Positions 44,307 to 54,126 of a stretch of DNA of 61,181 nucleotides are shown here, piece after piece. The stretch spans positions 4,278 through 65,458 of the forward strand of contig PAWM01000002.1 in the NCBI GenBank assembly GCA_002714185.1, written 5' to 3'. The notes under the pieces were generated by a model that was not told the origin of the DNA, searched no databases, and was given only the letters and a program-made list of their open reading frames with translations. Numbering within the stretch: the first letter of the stretch is position 1; each line of letters opens with the position of its first letter. The position numbers and the translations under genes are program-made. This stretch comes from Flavobacteriales bacterium. Lineage in GTDB: Bacteria > Bacteroidota > Bacteroidia > Flavobacteriales > TMED113.

Positions 44307-44720
44307 ATGAAAACCCACTTCACATCACATAAGGCACCAGAACCTGTTGGTAGCTACCCACATGCTAAAAAAGTTGGAAATCTGTTATTTTTATCTGGTG
44401 TTGGTCCCAGAAAAAAAAATGAAAAATCTATTCCGGGTGTAACATTATCTCAGGATGGAAAAATTATTAATTATGATATTGAAAAACAGTGCATATCTGT
44501 GTTTGAAAATATTAAACTAATTTTAAATGATGCTGGTTCTAGTTGGGACAATATTGTTGATGTAACTGTTTTTTTAACTAATATGGAAGATGATTTTGAT
44601 AAATACAATGTTTTATACAGAAAATATTTTTCTACTCCATTTCCAACAAGAACAACTGTTGAGGTAAATTGTTTACCCACACCTATTGCGATTGAATTAA
44701 AAGTAATTGCTACAATATAA
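44307..44720 (+). CDS. RidA family protein, probable 2-aminomuconate deaminase
   Basis: G.YPH, LFLSG, P.RTTVEV..LPTPIAIELK; pathway context. Confidence 0.85.
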   Translation: MKTHFTSHKAPEPVGSYPHAKKVGNLLFLSGVGPRKKNEKSIPGVTLSQDGKIINYDIEKQCISVFENIKLILNDAGSSWDNIVDVTVFLTNMEDDFDKYNVLYRKYFSTPFPTRTTVEVNCLPTPIAIELKVIATI

Positions 44721-44733
44721 ATTTTTAGTAACT

Positions 44734-47700
44734 ATGTTTCCAGAGTATAAAAACCTTGATTTAGCGAAGATTTGTAATGAAATCAATTCCTTTTGGATAA
44801 AGGAGGGGATTTTTGAAAAAAGCATACAATCTAGAATTAAAAACAATCGTTTTGTGTTTTATGAGGGCCCCCCTTCTGCTAACGGTATGCCTGGTATACA
44901 TCATGTAATGGCTAGATTAATTAAAGATATTTTTTGTCGATATAAAACATTATCTGGATACTATGTAGAGAGAAAGGCTGGATGGGACACACATGGTTTG
45001 CCTGTGGAATTAAGTGTTGAAAAGGAATTAAATATTAACAAAGACGATATTGGAAAAACTATTTCTGTTTCTGAATACAACGAGGCTTGTAAAAAAACGG
45101 TAATGAAGTACACTGAAGCTTGGAATAAGCTAACTGAAGTTATGGGTTACTGGGTTGATGTTGAAAACCCATATATAACATATGAAAATAAATATATTGA
45201 AACTGTTTGGTATTTAATAAAAAAACTATATGATAGTAATTTAATTTACAAGGGTTACACTATACAACCATATTCACCTGCAGCTGGAACTGGGCTGAGC
45301 TCACATGAATTAAATCAACCGGGGTGCTACAAGTTGGTTAAGGATTTGAGTGTTGTGGCTTTGTTTAAATTATTGAGTCCTGAGACAATAATAAATACTT
45401 CAAAAAAAGTTTTTTTTATGGCTTGGACAACGACTCCGTGGACACTTTTTGCAAATACAGGCTTAGCTGTTGGAAAAAAAATAAATTATGTTTTTTTAGA
45501 AACCTTAAACCCATACACATTAGAAGAGATTGTTGTTGTTTGTGCTGAAGATTGTGTGACTAATATATTTGATGAAAAAACAAAAAAAACGATTAACAAT
45601 AAAAATAAAAAATCTAATGCATATAAAGTTATTCACAAATGTGTTGGTATGGACTTAATCGACTTAAAATATGAGCAATTACTAAAATATGTTAAACCAA
45701 TTGATTCCCCCAATGATGCTTTTCGTGTTGTTGATGCTGATTTTGTTAACACTAATGATGGTACTGGTATTGTGCACTTAGCACCAACTTTTGGAGCTGA
45801 CGATTTTAATGTAGCTAAAAGTTGTGGGCTACCACTTATGTTAACTGAAGACTCTGAGGGTAATCGTGTGCCTATAGTTGACTTAAAGGGGTGTTTTGTT
45901 GAGGGGCTTGGTGAATTTTCTGGGCGACCTGTTAAATCATCGTTTAATGAGGGTGTTAAAGATGTTGTTGAAATTGATATTGTAGTTAAGTTAAAAAAAG
46001 AAGGATTAGCATTTAAGTCAGAAAAATACGAACACAGTTACCCTCACTGCTGGAGAACTGATAAGCCAATTTTATATTACCCTTTAGACTCTTGGTTTAT
46101 TGAGTCTACTAAATGTAAAGAGCAATTAATTGAAAAAAACAAACAAATTAATTGGAAGCCTAAAAGTACCGGTGAGGGTCGTTTTCAAAATTGGTTAGAA
46201 AATATTAATGATTGGAACTTATCAAGGTCTCGTTTTTGGGGAATTCCTTTGCCTATTTGGGTAACATCTGATAGAACGGAGATGGTTTGTGTTGGTTCAG
46301 TTGAAGAGCTTAAATCTTTATGTGAAAACTCTGTGAAATCAGGTTTAATGAAAAAAAACCCACTAAAAGAATTTATTCCTGGTGATATGTCTGAAAAAAA
46401 CTACAATCTATTTGATTTACATAAAAATTGTGTTGATGATATTGTTTTATTATCTAAGGGTGGTAAACCTATGCATCGAGAGATGGATGTTATTGATGTT
46501 TGGTTTGATTCTGGGTCTATGCCTTATGCTCAGTGGCACTACCCGTTTGAAAATAAAGATTTAATTGATAAAAATGTGTGTTTTCCAGCAAATTTTATAG
46601 CTGAAGGTGTTGATCAAACTAGGGGGTGGTTTTTTACACTTCATGCAATTGCAGTAATGTGTTTTAATAGTGTTGCTTTTAAGAATGTTATTTCCAATGG
46701 ATTAGTGTTAGACAAGTTTGGTCAAAAAATGTCTAAAAGACTTGGTAACACTACTGACCCCTTTAAGGCTATTGAGGAACACGGCTCTGATGCGTTAAGG
46801 TGGTACATGATAACTAATTCGCAACCTTGGGATAATTTAAAATTCGATATTAATGGTGTTGTAGAGGTTAAGCAAAAATTTTTTAGCACCCTGTACAACT
46901 CTTATTCTTTTTTTAGCTTATATGCAAATATTGATAAATTTAAATATGCTGAGGAGGTGGTTGTAGATAGGCCTGTTTTAGACCGTTGGATTTTATCTGA
47001 GCTAAATAGCCTGATACTATCTGTTAAAAAACATTATGAGTTATATGAGCCCACATTGACTGGAAGGATTATTCAAGACTTTGTTGTTGATAAATTAAGT
47101 AATTGGTATGTCAGATTGTGCCGAAGAAGGTTTTGGAAAGGGGAATATGATTTAGAGAAAATTTCTGCATACCAAACCCTTTATGAGTGTTTGTGTGTTA
47201 TAGCAAAAATATCTTCTCCAATTGCACCGTTTTTTATGGATCGTTTGTTTATTGATTTAAACACCGTTTGTTCGAGAGATGCTTCAAGTTCTGTTCATTT
47301 AACAGATTTTCCAAATCCAAATCCAAAGCTTATTAATAAGAAGCTTGAAAAAAAAATGAGCCTAACTAAGGGTATTTGTTCATTGGCTTTGTCACTTAGA
47401 AAAAGGGAGGGTATAAGAGTGAGGCAGCCTTTAGCGGAAATGACTATTTGTTTAAATCCTGGTTTAAATAATGATGATGTTTTAGTAGATATTGTTCAAT
47501 CAGAAACAAATATTAAGGAAGTGGTATTTGTTAAAAACACTGAAAAAATTGTAAAAAAGAAACTTACTCCCAACTTCCCTGTTTTAGGAAAAAAATTTGG
47601 TGGGTTAATGAAAAGTTTGGTAAATAAAATTACTGAATTATCTGAATCCGATTTGTTAAAATATGAGACTTTGGGTAAAATCACTATAGTGATTGGTGAA

Positions 47701-48072
47701 AAAAGTATTATACTAGAAGAGGGTGATTTAATTATAAAAATGGAAGAAAAGCCAGGCTTTCTAACTGCTAAAAATAAAGAGGTGTTGGTGTCTTTAAACA
47801 CCAATCTTTCTGCTGATCTTCTTGGTGAAGGGTTTGCTCGTGAACTTGTTAACAGGGTTCAAAACATAAGAAAAGATCAAGGTTTTGTTGTGACTGACAC
47901 AATTAACCTTCTATTGTTTGGAGAGGATGCTAGTGTTATTTTACAACATTGTGACTATGTTAAAAATGAGGTGTTAGCAAAAAATATTTTAATTTGTGAA
48001 AAGATCCCTAAAAATTATGTTGATTTTGACTTTAATAATTATAAACTGTATATTGCGATAGAGAATAGTTAA
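44734..48072 (+). CDS. ileS: Isoleucine--tRNA ligase (type 2)
   Basis: EGPPSANG.PGIHH, GWDTHGLP, WTTTPWTL, HSYPHCWR, EGVDQTRGWF, KMSKR; ATG at 44734 preferred. Confidence 0.97.
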   Translation: MFPEYKNLDLAKICNEINSFWIKEGIFEKSIQSRIKNNRFVFYEGPPSANGMPGIHHVMARLIKDIFCRYKTLSGYYVERKAGWDTHGLPVELSVEKELNINKDDIGKTISVSEYNEACKKTVMKYTEAWNKLTEVMGYWVDVENPYITYENKYIETVWYLIKKLYDSNLIYKGYTIQPYSPAAGTGLSSHELNQPGCYKLVKDLSVVALFKLLSPETIINTSKKVFFMAWTTTPWTLFANTGLAVGKKINYVFLETLNPYTLEEIVVVCAEDCVTNIFDEKTKKTINNKNKKSNAYKVIHKCVGMDLIDLKYEQLLKYVKPIDSPNDAFRVVDADFVNTNDGTGIVHLAPTFGADDFNVAKSCGLPLMLTEDSEGNRVPIVDLKGCFVEGLGEFSGRPVKSSFNEGVKDVVEIDIVVKLKKEGLAFKSEKYEHSYPHCWRTDKPILYYPLDSWFIESTKCKEQLIEKNKQINWKPKSTGEGRFQNWLENINDWNLSRSRFWGIPLPIWVTSDRTEMVCVGSVEELKSLCENSVKSGLMKKNPLKEFIPGDMSEKNYNLFDLHKNCVDDIVLLSKGGKPMHREMDVIDVWFDSGSMPYAQWHYPFENKDLIDKNVCFPANFIAEGVDQTRGWFFTLHAIAVMCFNSVAFKNVISNGLVLDKFGQKMSKRLGNTTDPFKAIEEHGSDALRWYMITNSQPWDNLKFDINGVVEVKQKFFSTLYNSYSFFSLYANIDKFKYAEEVVVDRPVLDRWILSELNSLILSVKKHYELYEPTLTGRIIQDFVVDKLSNWYVRLCRRRFWKGEYDLEKISAYQTLYECLCVIAKISSPIAPFFMDRLFIDLNTVCSRDASSSVHLTDFPNPNPKLINKKLEKKMSLTKGICSLALSLRKREGIRVRQPLAEMTICLNPGLNNDDVLVDIVQSETNIKEVVFVKNTEKIVKKKLTPNFPVLGKKFGGLMKSLVNKITELSESDLLKYETLGKITIVIGEKSIILEEGDLIIKMEEKPGFLTAKNKEVLVSLNTNLSADLLGEGFARELVNRVQNIRKDQGFVVTDTINLLLFGEDASVILQHCDYVKNEVLAKNILICEKIPKNYVDFDFNNYKLYIAIENS

Positions 48073-48075
48073 GTT

Positions 48076-48459
48076 ATGAAAAAAAGTGTTTCGAAAAGAT
48101 ATTCTGATACTGAATTAGAAAAATTTAAAAAAATTATTTTAAAGAAAATTGAATCAGCAAAAGCAGATTTAAACCTTTTAAAAGATTCATATAGTAACGC
48201 CTCTTCAAATGGAACTGATGACACATATTCTTCTTTTAAGTCTTTTGAGGAGGGGTCTGAAACCTTATCAAAAGAATCAAACACAATGCTTGCTGCTAGA
48301 CAAGAAAAGTTTATTAGGGATTTGAAAAATGCCCTAATTCGTATAGAAAACAAAACATATGGTATTTGTAGAGAAACTGGAAAACTTATTTCTAAAAAAA
48401 GACTTGTTCTTGTTCCTCACGCAACACTAAGCATTGAAGCAAAAAACAAATCAAAATAA
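48076..48459 (+). CDS. TraR/DksA family transcription factor
   Basis: ALIRIENKTYGICRETGKLI..RL..VPHA; ileS-dksA-lspA order. Confidence 0.9.
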   Translation: MKKSVSKRYSDTELEKFKKIILKKIESAKADLNLLKDSYSNASSNGTDDTYSSFKSFEEGSETLSKESNTMLAARQEKFIRDLKNALIRIENKTYGICRETGKLISKKRLVLVPHATLSIEAKNKSK

Positions 48460-48463
48460 TTTT

Positions 48464-49021
48464 GTGAAACACATATCACTAAAATTATGGATGCTTTTTT
48501 TTAGTATCCTTCTTGTGGATCAATTACTTAAGTTGTGGGTAAAAACAAACCTATCTATTGGTGATGAAATTGTAATTTTAAATTGGTTTTCTTTATATTT
48601 TGTTGAAAACAATGGTTTTGCTTTTGGTTGGGAGTTTTTTGGTGTTTGGGGTAAGTTTTTTTTAACATTTTTTAGAATTATTTTTGTTGGGTTTATTTTT
48701 AATTGGTTTGTTGGGCTTGTAAAAGATAGGGTTTATTTTGGGGTGTTGGTTGGTTTTGTGCTAATCCTTGGTGGTGCTATTGGTAATATTATTGATAGTG
48801 TTTTTTATGGGGTTTTGTTTGATTATGCCCCTTTGTTTTTTGGTCGTGTTGTAGACATGTTTTATTTTCCTATTGTGTCTGGGTTCTACCCTAGTTGGGT
48901 GCCTTTTTTAGGTGGTGAAGATTTTGTTTTTTTTAGGTTTATTTTTAACATTGCAGACTCTTCAATAACTATTGGAGCATTCCTTTTATTGATTTTTTAC
49001 AACAAAATACCTTTAAAATAA
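48464..49021 (+). CDS. lspA: Lipoprotein signal peptidase
   Basis: DQ..K, VENNG.AFG, GAIGNIID, VVDM, FNIADS; start uncertain (GTG 48464 or TTG 48434). Confidence 0.93.
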   Translation: MKHISLKLWMLFFSILLVDQLLKLWVKTNLSIGDEIVILNWFSLYFVENNGFAFGWEFFGVWGKFFLTFFRIIFVGFIFNWFVGLVKDRVYFGVLVGFVLILGGAIGNIIDSVFYGVLFDYAPLFFGRVVDMFYFPIVSGFYPSWVPFLGGEDFVFFRFIFNIADSSITIGAFLLLIFYNKIPLK

Positions 49022-49057
49022 TAAGGTTTATTTATCTTTTTTTTATTCTTTGTTTTT

Positions 49058-49065
49058 TATATTTG
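49058..49065 (+). promoter_or_regulatory. Bacteroidota -7 promoter element (TATATTTG) for hppA
   Basis: TAnnTTTG about 30 bp upstream of the start. Confidence 0.5.
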
Positions 49066-49096
49066 CCCAACTTTAAAGATATTAAAACAAAATACT

Positions 49097-51382
49097 ATGA
49101 TGAACTTATTAAATGAAAACTTGATTTATATTGCACCGTTTTTAGGTGTTGTGGGCCTGATTGTTATGTTTGTAAAATCCGCTTGGGTTTCCAAACAAGA
49201 CCCTGGTGATAAAAAAATGACAGAACTATCAGGACACATTGCTAAGGGTGCTATGGCTTTTCTTGTTGCTGAGTGGAAGGTTTTAAGTGTTTTTTCAATA
49301 ATAGCAGCAAGTTTATTAGCCTGGTCTGGTGTTATGCTTCATGGTCCAAGTGGGGGTGCAATTGCAATATCATTTGTTATTGGTGCTGTTTTTTCTGCAC
49401 TTGCTGGATATTTTGGTATGAACATCGCAACTAAAGCGAATGTTAGAACAACTCAGGCTGCAAGAACAAGTTTATCAAAAGCTCTTCAGGTATCTTTTAC
49501 TGGTGGTACTGTTATGGGTTTAGGTGTTGCTGGGCTAGCTGTTTTTGGTTTAGGTTCTTTGTTTATTATTTTTATCGGTATGCATGATGCTATTTTTGGG
49601 GGAGGGTATATTAACCCACAAAAAATGGAGCTTGCTTTAGAGGTTTTAGCTGGTTTTTCTTTAGGTGCTGAGTCAATTGCTTTGTTTGCAAGAGTTGGTG
49701 GGGGTATTTATACTAAGGCTGCTGATGTTGGAGCGGATTTGGTTGGTAAGGTTGAGGCTGGTATACCTGAGGATGACCCTAGAAACCCCGCTACAATCGC
49801 TGATAATGTTGGTGATAATGTTGGTGATGTTGCTGGTATGGGAGCTGATTTATTTGGTTCTTATGTGGCTACTATTTTAGCAACAATGGTGCTTGGTAGA
49901 GAAATTGTTGTAGTTGGAGCAGGAAAAGTGATTAGTGGTGTGTCTGATTTAAATGGTGTTCTTGGTGGTGAGGTTTTTCCTTCAATAAATTTTATTTTAC
50001 TTCCTATGGTTATTGCTGGTTTAGGTTTACTTTTTTCAATTATTGGAGCTGGGTTTGTGAAAATAAAAAACGAGAACGGGTCTGTTCAGGGTGCTTTAAA
50101 TATTGGGAATTGGTTATCTATTGGGTTAACTTTAATTGCTTCTTATTTTGTTATAATGAGTATTCTTCCTGAGGGTGTTTTTACAATTAGAGATGGGGCT
50201 GGTTTTTCAAAAATGGGTGTTTTTTGGGCTGTTTTTACAGGTTTAGTTGTGGGTGGTTTAATGTCAATTATTACTGAATATTACACATCTATGGGTAAGC
50301 GTCCTGTGAACTCTATAGTTAAACAATCTGAAACTGGACACGCAACAAATATAATTGGTGGACTAGCGGTTGGTATGGAATCTACTGTTCTTCCTATTTT
50401 AGTTTTAGCTAGTGGTATTGTTGTGTCTTTTATGTTTGCGGGTTTATATGGTGTTTCAATTGCTGCGGCAGGAATGATGGCAACAACAGCTATGCAGTTG
50501 GCAATTGATGCTTTTGGGCCAATTGCAGATAATGCTGGTGGGATTGCTGAAATGAGTGGTTTACCAAAAGAGGTTAGGGAAAGAACGGATAATTTAGATG
50601 CTGTTGGAAACACAACTGCTGCTGCGGGAAAAGGGTTTGCTATTGCATCTGCTGCTCTAACCGCCTTAGCTTTATTTGCCGCTTTTGTTGGTTTGGCGGG
50701 AATTGACTCTATTGATATTTATAAGGCTGAGGTTTTAGCTTCTTTATTTATTGGTGCAATGATTCCTTTTATTTTCTCATCACTAGCAATTGCTGCTGTG
50801 GGTAGAGCTGCTATGGATATGGTTATGGAGGTTCGGAGACAGTTTAAAGAAATCCCTGGTATTATGGAGGGCAAGGCTACTCCTGAGTATGAAAAGTGTG
50901 TTGAGATATCAACAAACGCATCTATTCGTGAAATGATATTGCCTGGGGCTATTCCTTTGGTTGTTCCTATACTTGTTGGTTTTGGAGACAAGTGGTTTGG
51001 TGTGGGTGGGCCTGAAATGTTAGGTGGTCTTTTAGCTGGTGTTACAGTTTCTGGTGTTTTAATGGGTATTTTTCAAAATAATGCTGGTGGTGCTTGGGAT
51101 AATGCTAAAAAATCTATTGAGGCTAATGGTGAAAAAGGGTCAGGCGAACACAAAGCTTCTGTAACTGGTGACACTGTTGGTGACCCATTTAAAGACACCT
51201 CTGGTCCTTCAATGAATATTTTAATTAAATTAATGAGTATTGTAGCTTTAGTTATCGCTCCACACATAAAGGTTGATGGTGAGCTTGATAAAAAAGAAAC
51301 AATAGAAAAACACTCTTTATTAGAAAAAAGTATAACTGTTATTGATGTAAGTAAGGTAAAAAAATCTACTTATTTATATTGA
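49097..51382 (+). CDS. hppA: Membrane-integral pyrophosphatase (K+-dependent, probably Na+-translocating)
   Basis: DVGADLVGKVE, DNVGDNVGD, GNTTAA, GDTVGDPFKD. Confidence 0.96.
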   Translation: MMNLLNENLIYIAPFLGVVGLIVMFVKSAWVSKQDPGDKKMTELSGHIAKGAMAFLVAEWKVLSVFSIIAASLLAWSGVMLHGPSGGAIAISFVIGAVFSALAGYFGMNIATKANVRTTQAARTSLSKALQVSFTGGTVMGLGVAGLAVFGLGSLFIIFIGMHDAIFGGGYINPQKMELALEVLAGFSLGAESIALFARVGGGIYTKAADVGADLVGKVEAGIPEDDPRNPATIADNVGDNVGDVAGMGADLFGSYVATILATMVLGREIVVVGAGKVISGVSDLNGVLGGEVFPSINFILLPMVIAGLGLLFSIIGAGFVKIKNENGSVQGALNIGNWLSIGLTLIASYFVIMSILPEGVFTIRDGAGFSKMGVFWAVFTGLVVGGLMSIITEYYTSMGKRPVNSIVKQSETGHATNIIGGLAVGMESTVLPILVLASGIVVSFMFAGLYGVSIAAAGMMATTAMQLAIDAFGPIADNAGGIAEMSGLPKEVRERTDNLDAVGNTTAAAGKGFAIASAALTALALFAAFVGLAGIDSIDIYKAEVLASLFIGAMIPFIFSSLAIAAVGRAAMDMVMEVRRQFKEIPGIMEGKATPEYEKCVEISTNASIREMILPGAIPLVVPILVGFGDKWFGVGGPEMLGGLLAGVTVSGVLMGIFQNNAGGAWDNAKKSIEANGEKGSGEHKASVTGDTVGDPFKDTSGPSMNILIKLMSIVALVIAPHIKVDGELDKKETIEKHSLLEKSITVIDVSKVKKSTYLY

Positions 51383-52346
51383 TTAGTAGTTCTAAAATTT
51401 GAACAGCATTTGTGGCGGCCCCTTTTCTTAGGGGGTCTGCTACAACCCATAAATTATAACTGTTTTTTTGAGAAAAATCTTTTCTTATTCTAGAAACAAA
51501 CACTTCGTTTTTTGAAGCAACCTCGACAGGTGTTTTGTATTTAGTACCTGTATCTACATAAACTCCTTTTTGTTTTTTTATAATTTCTATTACTTGCTGT
51601 TTGCTTGTTTCTTTTTCTAATTCTATGTTTACACTTTCTCCATGACCCCCAAGGGTTGGTACCCTTACAGCTGTTGCTGTTATTTTAATATTTGAACCGA
51701 GTATTTTGTTGGTTTCTTTTATTATTTTTTCCTCTTCTTTTGTATAACCCGACTCATTAAATTCATCGCATTTTGGAATTATGTTTCTGTGTATTTTTTT
51801 TTCATAAACACTTTTGTTTGTTTGTTTGTTTTCCTCTTCATTTTGAAGCTGTTTAACAGCCTTATAACCTGTACCTGTTACAGATTGATATGTCGAAACA
51901 ATCATTCTCTTGATCCCTCTTTTTTTATAAATATTGTTGATTACCATAACAAGTTGTATGGTTGAGCAGTTTGGGTTTGCTATTATTTTATCATTTTTTG
52001 TTATAGTTTTTCCGTTTATTTCTGGAACAACTAGTTTTATTTTTTTGTTCATTCTAAAAGCTGAAGAGTTGTCTATTACTATTGTTTTATTTTTATTAAA
52101 CTCTTTTGCATATTTTGTTGATATTTTTGAACCCGCAGAAAAAAGAGCATATTTTGGAGTCATTTTTATTGCTTCTTTTATAGATACGATTTTTTCTTTT
52201 TTATTTTTGTATTTGATTTTTTTTCCTACACTTTTTTTTGAACCAACAAATATTATTTCACTTATTTCTTTTATGTTTTTTTCTTCTAAAACCTTTATTA
52301 TTTCTGACCCAACAAGTCCTGTTGCACCAATTATTGCTATTGTCAT
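51366..52346 (-). CDS. asd: Aspartate-semialdehyde dehydrogenase
   Basis: GATGLVG, DNSSAFR, ANPNCST, TYQSVTG, VRVP..GGH, LRKGAATN. Confidence 0.96.
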   Translation of the reverse strand: MTIAIIGATGLVGSEIIKVLEEKNIKEISEIIFVGSKKSVGKKIKYKNKKEKIVSIKEAIKMTPKYALFSAGSKISTKYAKEFNKNKTIVIDNSSAFRMNKKIKLVVPEINGKTITKNDKIIANPNCSTIQLVMVINNIYKKRGIKRMIVSTYQSVTGTGYKAVKQLQNEEENKQTNKSVYEKKIHRNIIPKCDEFNESGYTKEEEKIIKETNKILGSNIKITATAVRVPTLGGHGESVNIELEKETSKQQVIEIIKKQKGVYVDTGTKYKTPVEVASKNEVFVSRIRKDFSQKNSYNLWVVADPLRKGAATNAVQILELLININK

Positions 52347-52386
52347 TTTTTTTTTTATTATTTTTTTCGAAATTTAAGATATTATA

Positions 52387-54126
52387 TTGATGTTAAAAAA
52401 AACTATCTTATTAAAAAACAAAGCTTCTTTACTTCCCAACAAGGTGGGTGTTTATTTTTTTTTAAATAAACAAAAGGTTTTGTATGTTGGAAAAGCTGTT
52501 AAAATCAGGGCTCGCGTTCTTTCTTATTTTAAAGATTTTTCTAATAAAAACGTGGCTATAGTTGAATCTTCAAATGACATAAAGTATATATTGGTGGATT
52601 CTGAAGAAGATGCTTTTTTTCTTGAAAATTCTTTAATAAAAAAACACCAACCAAAATACAACATACTTTTAAAAGATGATAAAACCTTCCCTTGGTTGTG
52701 TGTAAAAAACGAACGTTTTCCTAGGGTTTTTATTTCCAGAAAAAAAGATAATTCTTCAGACTTTTATTTTGGTCCTTATGTTTCTAGAAAAACTTTAAAT
52801 AATTTATTTGGGTTAATTAAATCATTATATCCAACCAGAACATGTAATTATAATCTTTCTGAAAAGAACATAGCTTCAAAAAAATATAAGGTTTGTTTAG
52901 AGTATCATCTAAAAAATTGTTTAGGACCATGCGAGGGTTTTTGTTCTGATCAAGAATACGATAAAAACACAGAATCTATAAAAAATATATTGTCTGGGAA
53001 GTTTTCTTTTGTTTTAAATGATTTAAAGAAAAAATTAAAATATAATACAGAAAATTTGTTTTTTGAAAAATGTGAAGTTATAAAAAACCAAATATTTGCA
53101 GTTCAAAACCTTAAAAATAAAAGTGTTGTTGTTTCAGAAAAAAATATAAACTTAGATTGTTTTTATATTTACTCTATTAAAAATAACACTTATGTTAATT
53201 TTATTAGAGTTATAGAGGGTTCTGTTATATTTTTAAATAATTATATTTTTAATAAAAATTACTATTATAGTGATGGTGTTGTTTTAGAAAATATTATAAA
53301 GACTATTTATATAAATTATAATTATGTTTCTGATTTAATCATTTCTAATATAAGTTTTTCAAATTTTTTAAAAAAAAAAATAATTGTTCCTAAGAGGGGT
53401 TATAAAAAAAGTATTCTTAATTTTTCACATAAAAATTTAATAAGTTTCATTAATTCAAAAAATTCTGATTTTAATTTATTAAGTGATTTAAAGGAAAAAT
53501 TATATTTAAAAAAAATTCCTTTTCACATTGAATGTTTTGATGTTTCTAATTTAATGGGCTCTAACACAACTTCTTCTTGCGTTGTTTTTAAAGGTGGTAA
53601 ATCATCAAAAAAAGACTATAAATCTTATATTTTAAAAGATAATAAAATTGATGATTATGAGTCTATATCTGAGTCTGTTTATAGAAGATATAAAAATAAA
53701 AATAATATTCCTGATTTAATAATTATAGATGGAGGAAAGGGTCATTTAAGAGCTGCTTTAAACATATTAAGTTCCTTATGTTTAAGTGGTGTTGATGTAA
53801 TAAGTATAGCTAAAAAAGAAGAAATAATTTATAAAAAAAATTTAAAAGAAATTATTTTAAATAAAAATTCTAAAACACTTCATTTAATTCAATATATTAG
53901 AAATGAAGCACACCGTTTTTGTTTAAAAAAACATAGAATTAAAAGAAAAAACAATTTTTTAAATTCTGATTTAAATAATATTAATTTAATAGGAAATAAA
54001 ACTGTTTTTAAATTATTAAAAAAATTTAAATCTATTAATAATATTAAAAAAGCATCTTTAAAAGATTTAAAAAAAATAATAGGAAACAATAAGGCAATTA
54101 TTATATATAAACATTTTAAAAATTAA
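52387..54126 (+). CDS. uvrC: Excinuclease ABC subunit C
   Basis: GVY..LYVGKA, PKYNILLKDDK, IECFDVSN, IDGGKG, IRNEAHRF, C-terminal HhH. Confidence 0.93.
   Translation: MMLKKTILLKNKASLLPNKVGVYFFLNKQKVLYVGKAVKIRARVLSYFKDFSNKNVAIVESSNDIKYILVDSEEDAFFLENSLIKKHQPKYNILLKDDKTFPWLCVKNERFPRVFISRKKDNSSDFYFGPYVSRKTLNNLFGLIKSLYPTRTCNYNLSEKNIASKKYKVCLEYHLKNCLGPCEGFCSDQEYDKNTESIKNILSGKFSFVLNDLKKKLKYNTENLFFEKCEVIKNQIFAVQNLKNKSVVVSEKNINLDCFYIYSIKNNTYVNFIRVIEGSVIFLNNYIFNKNYYYSDGVVLENIIKTIYINYNYVSDLIISNISFSNFLKKKIIVPKRGYKKSILNFSHKNLISFINSKNSDFNLLSDLKEKLYLKKIPFHIECFDVSNLMGSNTTSSCVVFKGGKSSKKDYKSYILKDNKIDDYESISESVYRRYKNKNNIPDLIIIDGGKGHLRAALNILSSLCLSGVDVISIAKKEEIIYKKNLKEIILNKNSKTLHLIQYIRNEAHRFCLKKHRIKRKNNFLNSDLNNINLIGNKTVFKLLKKFKSINNIKKASLKDLKKIIGNNKAIIIYKHFKN

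Noticed and set aside
48076-48459. DksA with a single Cys (no zinc finger)
   Set aside because: The YGICR.TGKLI form is the ordinary Bacteroidota variant
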